From Octopus vulgaris (lineage: Eukaryota), in NCBI GenBank assembly GCA_951406725.2, contig OX597826.1, positions 33,046,001 through 33,110,000 on the forward strand: a stretch of DNA of 64,000 bases, given 5' to 3'. The notes under the pieces are model-generated. The model had not been told where the DNA came from. It made no database searches and worked only from the letters and a program-made list of their open reading frames with translations. Numbering within the stretch: position 1 is the stretch's first letter; each line of letters opens with the position of its first letter. Shown here piece after piece: positions 1-14,029 of this stretch. Position numbers and translations under genes: made by a program.

Positions 1-766
1 TTTCTTCTGCATTATTGCGAACTTTCACTTGAAATGGTAAAAGAGTGGAAGCAATTTTTTTTTTTTTTTTAATTTCTATTGAAATTTTATTTCTGGAGCT
101 GTTTAGCCTCTGGTGTGTATATTTGAAGTAGAATTTATGGCAAGGCACTACTGAATGGTAGGTATTACAAATAATTAAACATACACAAACAGGTTACATA
201 TTAAAAGGCATTTCTCCTATGCCCCAATGAATTTTTGCATGTATAGCAATATTTGTGCATGCATGTGTGTGTGTGTGTATGTGTTTATATGTGCATGTGT
301 GCTGGTGTGAGTGTATGTGCATATACATATGTGTGTATGTGTGTATACATATATGTATATATATACACACACACACACGCGCGTATGTATATATATATAT
401 ATGTGTATGCGTTTGTGTGTGTATATATGTATATACACACACATATATATATAAATATATATATATGTATATATATATATACATACACACATATGTATGT
501 ATATATATATATGTGTGTGTGCATGTGTATGTATATATACATCTATTTATAAAATATGTATGCATGTATGTATACACACATTTATTAATGTATGTATATA
601 TAAATTTATATATACATCTATGTCTTTATGTATACATGTATATATTTATGCATATATAAACATAGATATATATACATTTATACATGCAAATATGTATATA
701 CATACTGATATCTACACACACACACACATACACATACACACATATATATATATACATACATCATTG

Positions 767-828
<62 letters not shown>

Positions 829-1439
829 AGCACACACACACATACACACTTACACAGACCTATACATATATACATACGGTTAGATTTTTGAAATATTCAG
901 AATTAAAAGGTTTTGAAATTTTTGGAAACTTTTCTGTTTATGATTTATTATTATTTTAATTCAATTATTATGCATTATCACACAATTTACATGTATAGTG
1001 ATTTTCCCCTTATTCCAACCGAGAACAATTTTCTAATTTGTTTAATGTTACCAATGCATTAAAAATTGCATGTTCTTTTGTTTATTTTATTGCTGTTTGT
1101 TATATATTGTTTTTTTTTTCTTTTGCATTTAATTTATTCGTTCGAATGTTCATTAAATAATTTGTATATTTATTTCAGTTTGGGCTTTGAGAGGTCTGCA
1201 TTTACTTAAAATAAACTTGAAATGTCAATAGATTTTTTAAAAAATTATTGCAAGAATTCATGAACTGTTTAGACTATCTGCCTGTCTGCCTGATTGCCAG
1301 TTTGCCTGTATGTCTGTCTGACTGACTGTGTGTCTGTCTGACTGTTGGTCAGTTGGTCTGCTTGTATATGTTTAACACTCTAAGTATAACTCTCTCTTTC
1401 TCTCTCCATGTCTTTTCTGGCTATCTCTCTATATATTAT

Positions 1440-1712
1440 ATCATCTTCATCATCATCATCATCATCATTATCCTTGTCATCATCGTCGTTGTTTAATGTC
1501 TGCTTGACTGAGGACTGGCAAGCCAGTAGGCTGCACCAGACTCCAATCTGATCTGGCAATGTTTCTACAGTTGAATGCCCTTCCTAATGCCAATCACTCC
1601 TAGAGTGTACTGGGTGCTTTTTATGTGCCAACAGCATAGAAGCCAGTCAAGTGGGCCTGGCATCAATCACATTTGAATAGTACTTTTTACATACCACTGG
1701 CATGGGTGCCAG
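1440..1712 (-). mobile_element. Degenerate RTE 3'-end copy with (GAT)n tail
   Basis: Plus strand ATGCCCTTCCTAATGCCAATCACTCC...GGGTGCTTTTTATGTGCCA is the reverse complement of the RTE 3'UTR. Adjacent (CAT)n. Confidence 0.75.
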
Positions 1713-2214
1713 TCATACATTAAAAATGGTCATGATATCCGGGACTACAAAATCCTGCAAGACCTTCTAAACATTTAAAGAATTATGAACAACAGAAAAT
1801 GCTTTTCTTCACAGCCTAGCTACTGAATAGGTGGTTGGTCAAAATGAACTCCAAATTAAAAAGAAAAAGAAAAGAATACACATACATGTAAGTATTTAAC
1901 ACATCATAAAGATATTACTATATATATATGTATATATATACATATATAGTAATATCTTTGTGGTGTGTTAAATACTGTGGTTGACTCTGGCCAAGGAAGG
2001 TACTACAAAAAATGAAAAGTTCCATGATGGATTCAAGGGATATCTCAGTTTGCATTGTAACCACTCTGAACCCTTGCTGCAAGGGACACCAAACATGGGT
2101 ATATCTGTACAAAAGAGACAATGATGATTTCTGAATTCTTATGCTTTGTATTGAAGGCCTCATTTAGACCAAATTCTTGTTCAACCTTGAATACCTTTGA
2201 ACCTTTCTCAATCT

Positions 2215-2729
2215 TAGAAAATTACTATTTTTAAATCCCATAGTGAGAGATATTCAGCAAAAGTGCTTTGGAGTAAAGACTTTTGCCAACATAACATGGC
2301 AGTCCTGGTTTGGGATGAATGTTGCTGTAATTTAGCCCCAGGACTGCCATGTTATGTTGGCAAACAATCTTTACACCAAAGTACTGTTGCTAAAAATCTC
2401 TGTTATGAGATTTAAAAACAGTGATTTTCTAATATATAGACCAGTGACTAGTTGTTGCTTTGAAAACTTTATATTTCGAACAGGAATTTGGCAGCACCAC
2501 CTCTAGCCAAACAATTATTCTGTGCTGATGAAGGGAAATAACCCGGAAATCATGATACACAGATATTGTTTTGAGCTGAGTGGGGGTGCTAGATTCCCTT
2601 GTTCGAAAATATAAGGACACAGACTGTGTTGTATAGCCAGCTGGGGACGATGTCACCTGGGGATAAATTACAGTAACATTCGTTCTAAACCTGGACTGCC
2701 ATGTTATGTTGGCAAACAGTCTTTACTCC
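2215..2729. repeat. Foldback element with three-way inverted repeat
   Basis: 2215-2308 pairs with 2338-2431. 2656-2729 is also the reverse complement of 2271-2342. Confidence 0.85.
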
Positions 2730-3677
2730 TTTCTCCTTCTACATAAAACTGAATATGGTACAGCAACTGTTATCTTACACCATCAAATCTATGGATGTTT
2801 GGTTTATTATATGAAATGAAGAAATGAGTGTTCAGCTTGCTTTGAAGAAAAGAATTGCACGTTGCACTTTGTCACAAACAAAGATATAAACTGCAGGAAA
2901 GCACTTTAAAGATAATGAATATTCTTTAAAAAAAAGTATTGCATTTTTGGTCTGACCTAAAAATACACTTTATAAACATGTGAATGGGGGCCAGATGTTA
3001 ATTTGTAGTCCCAATGATACTCAGAACAGCATCTCTACATCACAAGGATGAATGAAGACTATGGCTATGGTGTCCGTGCTATCTGATGCACTTGCTCTCC
3101 CAGTGGGGCATTATAGCCTCAATTGTGACTGACCATCAGATGTGGTCAGAATTCACGAGGGACATGGTGAACGTGTTGGTTGGAGCTGCCACCACAAGTA
3201 GGAGTAAAGTACAAGTGCACTTTATATATGTGGTACATGTATGATGACGATGACGACGATGACAACAATGATGATGATGATGATGATGGTGATGCAGCAG
3301 AGAGTTGAGATGGTGATAACAATGATGATGATAATGAGAAGGAGGAGGAATAAGAGTAGGAAGAGAATATGAAAAGAGAAAGAAGGAGGAGAACACTGAT
3401 AACGATGATGATGATGATGATGATGATAAGGATGCTGATGTTAAGATGATGAAAATCACAATAACGACAATGATAAAAACCATCACACCGATGATGGTCA
3501 CTCTGATAATGATAGTGATGTTGATGATTATGATGTTGATTATTACTGAAGGCTCTACCTAAGGGAATTAAGCAATGTTTTCATTAAAACTCTGAGACAT
3601 ACTAAACAAATCAGATACATATATGCACATACATACATATACATATATATATACACACACACACATGCACACATACG

Positions 3678-3745
<68 letters not shown>

Positions 3746-4997
3746 TATATACATATATAATAGCTACACAATGTTTCTAAACCTGCTCAGGCCGGGATTA
3801 AAATCCAGAGATTTAATTGTATCACTAATTTAATCTCCACCAGAATTAATGTCATTAGCATTGCAGAATTTCAATTCTGTCAAATCAGTTAAATTATTAA
3901 AAGACATATTAATTAAATCTTCATCAACTTTCTAATCCCTACTTAATCCATCAATTATCTTCAGTAATAATGTCGAGCAGACAATGTTAGCTGATTCAGG
4001 ACTTGGGCAAAAAATAATTCTGCAAGATACAGAGATTTTCTTTTCATGTTTCTTACAATTCTTAGAAATATAATTCTTTATTATTTATTTCAGTTTTGCC
4101 TTGTATTCAGGTGCTGCTGTGTGGTGAAGAACTTTGTTTCCTAAATAAAGGAATTTGAGTTCAGTCACACATCCTCATGACTATAGCCTCAGATTTCCTA
4201 AAGCCATTGGGAGCAAATTTTGGTCAATGGAAATTGTCTTGTAGTACATTGGCAGCATCATCCTTATTGTTGTGGTCATCGATTTGTAAACCCAAATTAG
4301 CTCTCGGCAAGCAAATCTGCAATCACAGGCACTCCATCTGTGCCCATCACACCGTTATTCCTATATGTAGAAAATCCAGGAGCACAGCGTCAAGAACACA
4401 TTATCCAGTATTTGCACCTAAAAGGTTGCCCCCCAAAAGTACAGGTCTGGGTAAGGTTTTTGTGGAAGACCAACAATCACCCATGCATACCAGTCTCCCT
4501 TCCCCACACCACCAATGTTGTCCAAAGGAAGGCAAAGGCTGATACAACTTGACACCAGTGATGTCACAACTCATTTTGATAGCTGAGTGAATTGGAGCAA
4601 CGTGGAATAAAGTGTCTTGCTCAAGAACACAATACACAGCCTGATCTGGGAATTGAACTCACCATCTCATGATTGTAAGCTCGATGATCTGTCTACACAC
4701 TATATGCCTATATATAAATATACATATATATATATATAATAACAATATAATAAATAAATAAAATATATGCATATATACATACATATATGTACATACTTAC
4801 GTCTACATGTATATATACCAGCATATATATATATATATATATGAGTACAGGACACCACAAATAAACATAGAACGAGAAACGAAAACAAAATCAAACAAGG
4901 AAACGGACTTTTTTTTAACAACGAAAAAACATAGTACAGGACAAACAATACAAGGAAAATGTACACACACACACACACACAAACGCATATATATATT

Positions 4998-5275
4998 CTT
5001 TTTATCCTTTTGTTTCAGTGATTTGACTGCGGCCATACTGGAGCACCACCTTTAGTCAAACGAATCGACCCCAGGACTTATTCCTTGTAAGCCTAGTACT
5101 TATTCTATTGGTCTCCTTTGCCAAACTGCTAAGTAACAAGGACATAAGCACACCAACATCGGTTGTCAAGCGATGTTGGGGTGGACAAACACAGACACAC
5201 ATACACACATATATACGACAGGCTTCTTTCAGTTTCCGTCTACCGAACCCACTCACAAGGCTTTGGTTGGTCTGA

Positions 5276-5280
<5 letters not shown>
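4998..5280 (-). mobile_element. Family-A SINE, 3' two-thirds
   Basis: GACTGCGGCCATACTGGAGCACC...GACCCCAGGACTTATTC...CTTCTTTCAGTTTCCGTCTACC. Further partial copies at ~21760-21985(+), 25925-26025(+), 29265-29340(-), 31805-32005(-), 36385-37110(-), 38165-38290(+), 38670-38830(-). Confidence 0.83.
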
Positions 5281-5326
<46 letters not shown>

Positions 5327-5381
5327 GTATGTATATATATATGTATGTACATACATACACACACACATACAAGTATATATA

Positions 5382-5668
5382 GGGATACCAGTAATAATAG
5401 GTGCACATGGTGTTGTGAGGAAATGTCAAAGTGACAAACTGAATAAACTAGGGTTTTCAGAAAAAAAAAAAGCAGGCAACTTACTCACACATTACAAATA
5501 CATTCTGTAAGCGGAACAGTAAAAATATGCAAGACTTTTCTCAGTTTCAAAATGCTGCATTTTCTTTCTAATTCACATTCTAAAGATGGTGCTTTGTATC
5601 TTCGTTATAAAAACCACTTTCTTCATTCTTGAAAGACTTCAAAAAAAAATTATAGAACAGAACACGCA
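5382..5668 (+). mobile_element. Second copy of the 62205-62660 RLE family
   Basis: IPVIIGAHGVVRKC...LNKLGFSE; shares the identical GGAACAGTAAAAATATGCAAGACTTTTCTCA. Confidence 0.78.
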
Positions 5669-5759
5669 GATCATCATCATCATCATCGTTTAACGTCCGT
5701 TTTCCATGCTGACATGCACACATATATATATATATATATATATACATACACACACACAC

Positions 5760-5812
<53 letters not shown>

Positions 5813-6066
5813 CACATATATATATATATATATATATCTATTTATGCATATATCTTCTGGCCACATCAGATGGTTGCGTAATGTTGACATGCTACTTCAA
5901 TAGCTCTTTAGTTTATTCCGTATACAAATATAACGAGTTGTTTCAATTGATGAATTGGTTGATGGCAAATTAGTAGAAAGAGTAACTAATAGTTGTGACA
6001 AACAGACTTCACATAATTTCTGCTCAAAACAGATTTTGCACACACACACACACACACTCATCTGTA

Positions 6067-6109
<43 letters not shown>

Positions 6110-6236
6110 GTATGTATGTATACACATGCACATTATATAGGATATATGCATGTATATAATGTATATATGTCTCCCAGTGTTTGTATGTGTGTGTGTATAT
6201 ATACATATATATACACATATATGCAAACATACATAT

Positions 6237-6269
<33 letters not shown>

Positions 6270-7325
6270 CACATACATATACACACATGTATACATACAT
6301 ATGCACATGTGCACACAAACACACACCTACATATATACGTATGTATGTATACTTTCTCGTTTATTACCTGAGGGTTACACCCACTGGGAAACATGAAATA
6401 ATTAATTTAAAATGAATATTCGATCATCTAAGTAGTTTTTCATGTTTATTTTATTCAAGCAATGTTCCCCCACCCCTACAAAAAACATACACGCACATTC
6501 ACAAATCCACACACACACACACACATACATACACACATGCACACTGCTATTGAAGTTTTATTGTTCTATTAAACTTGATTATTTTTCCTACTCCTTCAGT
6601 TATATATTTCTCACCACTACTCATACTCTTTAAAGCACTTGCAATGCACTACGTTGCCTTAGAAACACTTTTATTGCTGGTTCCTATATTTCACCTACGC
6701 CTATATTTACTTATCAAACAACCTGTGCATGTATGTATGTGTGTGTAAGTGTGTAGAAGCACAGGTATGGCTGTGTGCTTAAGAGGTTTGCTCCTCAGCC
6801 TCATGGTTCCTGGTTCAGTTACACTGTATGACATGTTAAGGCAAATGACACCTTTTCTACTCTAGGCATAAGGCCCGAAATTTCTGGGAAGGGGGCAGTC
6901 GATTACATCGACCTCAGTATGCAACTGGTGCTTAATTTATCGACCCTGAAAGGATGAAAAGCAAAGTCGACATCGGTGGAATTTGAACTCAGAATGTAAA
7001 GACAAATGAAATACCACTAAGTATTTTGCCTGGCATGCTAACATTTCTGCCAGCTCACTGCCTTAAGGCAAGGGACATCTACTTTAGCCCTAGGCTAAAG
7101 TCCCCTGAGTGGATTTGGTGGGCAGAAACAACTGATATTTAAGCAGAGAGAATGAGTGTTCAAAAGTGCATTGGTTGAAAAATATTCTTTATTTCTGGGT
7201 TAACAAGGCAACCGATGGTTTCATGTAAAGATATCTTCACAATTGTTCAAGCATGTCACATGGAGATTTTGGTACTCATCTCCATTTTGATTGGTAACAT
7301 ACACACACACATACACACACACACA

Positions 7326-7373
<48 letters not shown>

Positions 7374-7997
7374 TACATTCCATGTTTAGTGCCATGATGA
7401 TGTTGTTGATGATGATGATGATGATGATGATGATGTGTGTGTGTGTTTATTGGAAGCGGGAAGCTTTACGAATTGTTATGCTTAGTGTCAGGTTATTGGT
7501 CTTGGATGGAAAAAAACTGGAAATTTGAAACTCAGAGTAATACTTTGTGAAAGTTTCAGCTTCCAGTAAATTCAACATAACTCTAAATTTTAAATTCTGT
7601 ACTCATTTTCCTCTTTCTTATTTGGACTATTTTTGTACTAAAACATACATACACATATACATACATACATTCATACATAGATACATTCAAAAATATATAC
7701 ATACACATATAAACATATATATATTTGGACACTCATAAATATACATAAAATTACATACATATATATATACATTTATATTTGTGAATGTGGAGATTATAAT
7801 TCATTGGTCTAGCTATTTCTCTGTCTTTTAGTCTCTTTCTATGTATGTATGTGTGTATAAATGTATGCATGTGTGCACACACACACATCTTTAGATATAT
7901 CTAAAGATGTGTGTGTATAGATATATATACATATATATACACACATATATACATACGTATATCTATATGTGTAAGTATATATATGTGTAAGTATATA

Positions 7998-8056
<59 letters not shown>

Positions 8057-8831
8057 AAATACATACATATGCAGTAGCACCATTTACTTGGAAATATTTT
8101 TCTTTGTTTGAGTATTTCCAAATTTAGTAATTTCTCCCATGTTCCAAAACTGCCCTTCCCCCATCGCCACACATTTCCACTTCCTTTACCAATATCATTG
8201 TCTTTGTTCTTCCAGAAAGTACTTCCTTTTTGATTTTGGTCTCTTCTTGTTCCTGGAGAGTTTGCAAAACAAATATATACGAGTTGAAGGATAATCATCC
8301 TATTGATTCTTCAACACAAGCAAGAAAGAAAAGAAAGCAATAAGAGGAAGAAAAGAAGAAAAGAAAACGGTAGAAAGAGAAATGGAATGAGAGAGAGAAA
8401 GAGAGAAAGAGAGAGAGAAGGAGTGAGTGAGGGACAGAGAGAAAATTAGTGGACAAGAACCAAAATGTTTTCTCATATCTATACACAGTGGGAGACTGTA
8501 AGAATTATTCCAGTGAGAGCAAACCAGTTCACAAGAGTTGATTGGAAAATGGGTCATTTGTGTTATCTGATTGAAATGGTTTGGTGAAATGAATTCTTAT
8601 GACCCCTGATAAATGTTTATGGCATTTCATTAAAGTACCTCTTCAAGAATATTTCTGCTTGTTCCTATATTGTGCGTTTTGCTTTCATGTCTCTATCAAC
8701 AGCTTTCCATGTTGTCTCTACATTCTGCCTCTTGGATATCAGAGATCTTCTTTCTGATATTTCTCGCATTGTATTTTATATTTACTCTTTTTTAAACTCT
8801 GTCCAGTCCTTCATATTGTTCTCAATATAAG

Positions 8832-9285
8832 GGGCAGATATTGCTGCATGGTTATGAAATTTGCATCCTATCCTCTTGGCTTTGGGTTCATTTCCCCTGC
8901 ATGGCACCTTGGGTAGGTGTCTTCTACTTTCCTACTATAATCCCAAGTTGATCAAAATCTTGTGAGTGGATTCAGTTGACAGAAACTGAAAGAAGCCTAT
9001 TGAATACATAAGTGTATATGTGCATGCATGTGAGTGTGCTTATGTGCATGTGTGTACGTCTTCTTGGCTTGCCATGTGTGATAGTCGTAAATGAGCATCA
9101 CTGTCATACAAGCAGTGTTATTCATTTCCAATATTCTGCCAAAACATGCTTGGCCATGGGGGAATATTTCCTTGTTTGGAAGCAGGTGTGGGTTGGCAGT
9201 TCTATGCTGTAGATTATTTGCCTCAATATATTCAGTCTGATCCATGAAGTATGGAAAAGTAGACATTAACTGACGACGATGATAT
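8832..9285 (+). mobile_element. SINE with family-A head and RTE-type 3' tail
   Basis: Head GGGTTCATTTCCCCTGCATGGCACCTTGGGTAGGTGTCTTCTAC...GAAACTGAAAGAAGCC. Tail ATCCATGAAGTATGGAAAAGTAGACATTAACTGACGACGATGAT resembles the RTE terminus. Confidence 0.7.
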
Positions 9286-9656
9286 GGAGAAGGAGGAGGA
9301 GGAGGAGGCGGAAGAAGAGGATTCTGTGTCTTTGGGTGTAGCATTATTGTATCATTTTCTTTTAATCTTTTCAAGACTTTATCACTTGTAGTAATGGCCA
9401 AAATATAAAATGGTATTCTTATCTGTGACAAGGCTGGCCTATCGAATTACAGGTAGAACAGAAACAGGAAGAAAGAGCAAGAGAAAGTTGTGGTGAAAGA
9501 ATACAGCAGGGTTCACCACTACCACCCCCACCTGAGCTTTGTGGAGATTTAGGGGTTTTCGCTCAATAAACACTCACAACGCCCAGTCTGGGAATTGAAA
9601 CTGCGAACCTATGACCGCAAATCTGCTGCCCTAACCATTGGGCCATTGTGTCTCCA

Positions 9657-9880
9657 CAATACAGACAAATACATAACCAAAAAAGCAGGACCTATGAACC
9701 TATGTAACACAGCAAAAATAACACTGCTAGGCACCGCACACAGCACACATTGTACACAAAGTACTTTTCATACAGTGAAAATAACAAGACTAAAGCAGAT
9801 AGCAGCACATACCCATGGCACACAGAGCCGTGTTTGGTAGTGCAGGGTGAATACGGGATAAAAATAAATCTACTGAATCA
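9657..9880 (+). mobile_element. 3' fragment of the same R4/Dong-like family as 11181-11830
   Basis: DKYITKKAGPMNLCNTAKITLLGTAH; the 3'UTR similar to 11680-11760 (CAGCACATACCCA-GGC-CACAGA...GATAAAAATAAA-CTACTGA). Confidence 0.75.
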
Positions 9881-9949
9881 TATTTTATGAAAAATCTCAA
9901 TATAGATTCACCATTTTATTGAAGCAAATATATGAGATATGATCATATA

Positions 9950-10330
9950 GGATAAAATTAAAAATACTGAAAGATCATAGAGTTTGTAATACCAAATGAT
10001 AACAGAATGGATATGAAAGAAATTGAGAACATTGAAAAATATGAGAACATGGCCAGTGGGATGAAGGGATTGTGGAAAGACTAAGATGATGATTGCTTCA
10101 GTGGTACAAAACCCAAACTGCTACCTAAAAGGTTGAAGGAAACTGGAACTGAGACACATTGCTGGGCTGCAGAAAAGTGTTATCTTTTATTCTGTAAGAA
10201 TCCTAACAAAGATTCTTGAGACTTGAGGAGATTTGTTGTTACCATAGATTATATCAGGAAGAAGGTCATCTAAGCTCTTTTTGAAGCTATCCTGCATCCG
10301 AGATTTCTTTTATTTTCTATAAAATACCAA
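9950..10330 (+). mobile_element. Old RLE non-LTR C-terminal remnant
   Basis: Translates LLPKRLKEL...IAGLQKSVIFYSVRILTKILET*, matching the LQKxxLLxTxRILRKVL C-terminus. Confidence 0.55.
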
Positions 10331-10619
10331 CGCAAATGGTGTTTCAAAGTTTGTTTATAAAAATATCAAGATAAAATCCCTTTCAACAGAATTAGTATTT
10401 TTATGGTTCCAATAATGGTTTCTAATTTAAACACAATGCTAACAGTTTTAAGAAGAGATTAGTCGATATCATTGGTTCCAGTATTTGACTGGCACTTTAT
10501 CTTATTGAATTTGAAAGGAAGCAAAGCAAAATTAACTTTGGCAGCATTTTGAGTAAAAAATGTGAAGGGCCAGAACAAATACTGCATTGTTTTTCTTCTG
10601 ATGTTCTGATGCCGAAGAA

Positions 10620-10900
10620 TGGAGAACTTAAGAAAGAAACACAAGGACTCATAATGGCTGCCCAAAGCCAGTCATTTTGGATAGACATCATTAAGGCAAA
10701 AATAGTCAACTTTGCAAGAAGTGTATGTATGTAATGAGAAAGAGCACTATCCATTATGCATGTAATAAATCCCCTGTGGTCCTTTGGCACAGAAGGAATA
10801 TGGACGTGGACAGGGTAGGGTGGTCAAAGCACTACACTGGAATATATTACAGCAAAAAGGACTTGAAGTAGGAAGAAAATGGCACCAACATCAAGTGGTT
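10620..10900 (+). mobile_element. Degenerate R4/Dong-like fragment (post-RT / zinc-knuckle region)
   Basis: GELKKETQGLIMAAQSQS and LAQKEYGRGQGRVVKALHWNILQQKGLEVGRKWHQHQ resemble the family consensus LKxETEGxxxAAQDQ and LAQxEYKRRHDxVxxxIHW. Confidence 0.75.
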
Positions 10901-10989
10901 AGGATTCTGTCAGTTCAATGCTTGCGTTATTATAATAATGGTAATAATAATAATGATAACAATAATGATTATGATGATGATGATGATAT

Positions 10990-11180
10990 TAATCTCAAGA
11001 AGTATGTGGAACAAATAGGGGTTGTAATAAGCACTTGAAGCACTTGCAGAAAACAGCACTGCTTGGAACCACTCGAATACTCCAGAAGGTGCTTGAAAAA
11101 TAAGAGGTATTACCTTAGTTCACTTGTAGTGAACAGCTGACACCATAGTACATCTCCATCGTTAGAAGCTGTGCAAAGGC
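10990..11180 (+). mobile_element. 3' end of another R4/Dong-like subfamily
   Basis: NLKKYVEQIGVVIS, then (frameshift) HLQKTALLGTTRILQKVLEK*, followed by a short 3'UTR. Confidence 0.72.
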
Positions 11181-11830
11181 ATCACAGACACGACAGAGTT
11201 GGAACCTACATACACTGGAAGCTATGCCAACACTATAGAATAACAACAGAAAAAAGATGGTGTAGACACATGCCAGAAAAGGTCACAGAAAACGAGAAAG
11301 CAGCCATACTCTGGGATATGCCAATACACACAGATAGAGAAATTAAGGCCAATAGGCCAGATATAGTTGTCAGAGATCATGAAGAAAAAAAATGCTTTCT
11401 AACTGATGTATCAATACCAGCAGATGACAACGTTTCTCTAAAAGAAATGGAGAAACTTTCAAAATACAAAGACCTGGAAATAGAGGTAACTCAAATGTGG
11501 AATCTAGAAAGAGAAACAATTCCTATCATAATAGGCACATTAGGTATGATAAGAAAAAATATTCAGATAAATGCATAGCAAAAGCACCAGGACTAACAAG
11601 TACATATAACATTGGGAAAATAGCACTACTAGGCACTGCACACATCCTATGTAAAACACTTTCAATAAGAGCATCACATCAAACCACAGCACATACCCAA
11701 GGCCCACAGAACTGTGCACTGTAGTGCAGAGACAACATGTGATAAAATAAAACTACTGAGAATTAATAATAATCGTAATAATAATAATAATAATAATAAT
11801 GATAATAATAATAATAATAGTAATAATGAT
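11181..11830 (+). mobile_element. R4/Dong-like RLE non-LTR retrotransposon 3' fragment with (TAA)n tail
   Basis: RHDRVGTYIHWKLC...ILWDMPIHTDREIKANRPDIVV...DVSIP...EKLSKYKDL...PIIIGTLG; after a frameshift, KIALLGTAHIL. PD-(D/E)xK RLE. (AAT)n from ~11761. Confidence 0.88.
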
Positions 11831-12969
11831 TTCAAATTTTGGTGCAAAGGCCAGCAAGTTTGGAGAGAGGCTAAATCGATCACATTGACCCCAGTATTCA
11901 ACTGGTACTTATTTTACCAACCCCGAAAGGATGAAAAGCAAAGTTGACCTTGGCAGCATTTGAACTCAGAAGACAGACGAAATGCCACAAGCGTCTTGCC
12001 CAGCATGCTAATGATTCTGCCAGTGCACCACCTTGATAATAATAATGATGATGATGATGATGATGAAAATGATGATGATGCTGATGATGATGACAACAAC
12101 AGCAAGTGTCTGATTTAAGTACAAGGCTAACCATCTTGAAGTGAGGTGACTTAGTTGATGACTAAGAATAAGTAAATGATGCTGTTGACTTTGGTCTGGC
12201 TGGAACTAGAACCAGGAACCCATGATGACTGTGAAGATGAGGAGTTGGTGGAGCCTGGTACTGACTAGAGACACTGGAGAAGATGGAGAAAATAAAGAAG
12301 AGAGGCAAAAACCTTTTCCTGAATGGTCTTTTAATGGCAGGAAAGAAGAATTATTGGATAAAAAGAAAAACAAAAAAAAAACATTTACAAATTTGGCACG
12401 GAATTTAAATCTGCATCAACATCACGACCCCCAACTTACGATCATGATGTAAACCATTACCATCATCATCATCATCATCAGAATCATCGTTGTTGCCATC
12501 GTCACCACAAACATTGTCGGCTCATCATTGTTGTCACCATCATCATTATCAGCATCAGCATCACTTCTGTTATCACTACAGCTACTGCTACCACCACCAC
12601 CACGATGTTCGAGATGAAAATCAACATTGTCGTCCTCATCCCTGTTATCATTACCATCATAACTGCTCCAGTTATTTTCCTAATTATGGCACGATGAAAT
12701 AGATCAACATTGTCTGCTATGACAGGAAATATTTTTGGTACCTCAGTCAGTTTATAGAAATTTCTATTTCTGGTTCGATGTGAGTCAAAACAATTATTCA
12801 ACAACAAGAGCAACAACAATATTCAGGCGAAGGGGAAGAGTGGGAGAGAGAAGAAGATAAGGTGGTGGAGAAGGACGGGAAGAGGGGAGGTGAAAGGGTA
12901 TTTGAGAAAAGAAGGGAGAGCCAGAGAGCAACAGTAAACAAGAGAAGGCAAGGAGAGATGGAGATAGAT

Positions 12970-13200
12970 AAATGGAGAGAGAGAGAGGGGGAAGAGAGGA
13001 GGAAAGAGAGAGATAGAGAGAGAGGAGAGAGAAGGAAAGAGAGAGATAGAGAGAGGGGAGAGAGAGAAGGAAAGAGAGAGATAGAGAAAGGGGAGAGAGA
13101 GAAGGAAAGAGAGAGATAGAGAAAGGGGAGAGAGAGAAGGAAAGAGAGAGATAGAGAGAGGGGAGAGAGAGAAGGAAAGAGAGATAGAGAGAGGGGAAGA
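12970..13200. repeat. Polypurine minisatellite (~32-34-nt unit, ~6-7 copies)
   Basis: Repeated GGAGAGAGAGAAGGAAAGAGAGAGATAGAGAG. Confidence 0.85.
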
Positions 13201-13960
13201 GAGCTAGTTAAAGGGTGAGAGACAGAGAGAGATAATGCAGACTAGATAAGGTAAGCAAAAACTGGATGTAAAAATACACATTATAAGTGACAGAATAAGA
13301 GCTAGATAGAGAGAAAGGGAGAGTGAGGGAGTGAGAAAGAGGTATGGCAGGAGGGATATAGTCCTTTAGACAGAGAAATGAAGCAGTTAATTTTTCTTTG
13401 AAGTTAATTAAACTGGATGAGTGGACAGCAAGCCTTGTTGATTACAAAACTTATAAACCATTTTAGCATCTGAAGGAAGTCAATGAAAAAGAAAAAATGG
13501 TTGAAGAACTGTCATTCTCATTTACAGAGAATTTGACCAGATGAAGGTTTTTGGAAATCAGATTGGAATAATCTTTCCAACAGTTTGGTTAATACCATGG
13601 CTAGAGGAAGAATATTTTGCCACTTACATGCAACTTTGTACATGACTCAATCACAATCGATGTGAGTTGCTAATGTTATTTCCAGAGAAATCAAAGTCAA
13701 GAGATTTACAGAACTATTTTTTTTTTCTTTTTCGGTAATTCCAATTCCAGCCTGCTTTGTTATCTATTTGCTAAATCTACTATTTGTTCTTCTGTGAAGA
13801 GAATATAAATGAGTGAAAGGAAGGGATATATGACACCACCACCACCACCACCACCATCATCACCACCACCACCACCATCACCATCATCATCACCATCACC
13901 ATCATCATCACCATCACCATCATCATCATCATCAACATCACAACCACCACCACCACCACC

Positions 13961-14017
<57 letters not shown>

Positions 14018-14029
14018 GCCATAATCATC

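Noticed and set aside
1918-2105. Minus-strand candidate exon after TCTCTTTTGTACAG
   Set aside because: No convincing donor or recognisable domain.
8169-8232. Minus-strand candidate exon (EQEETKIKKEVLSGRTKTMIL); similar weak ones near 12726-12779(+) and 13629-13670(-)
   Set aside because: Weak splice signals, no homology recognised, and inconsistent strands.
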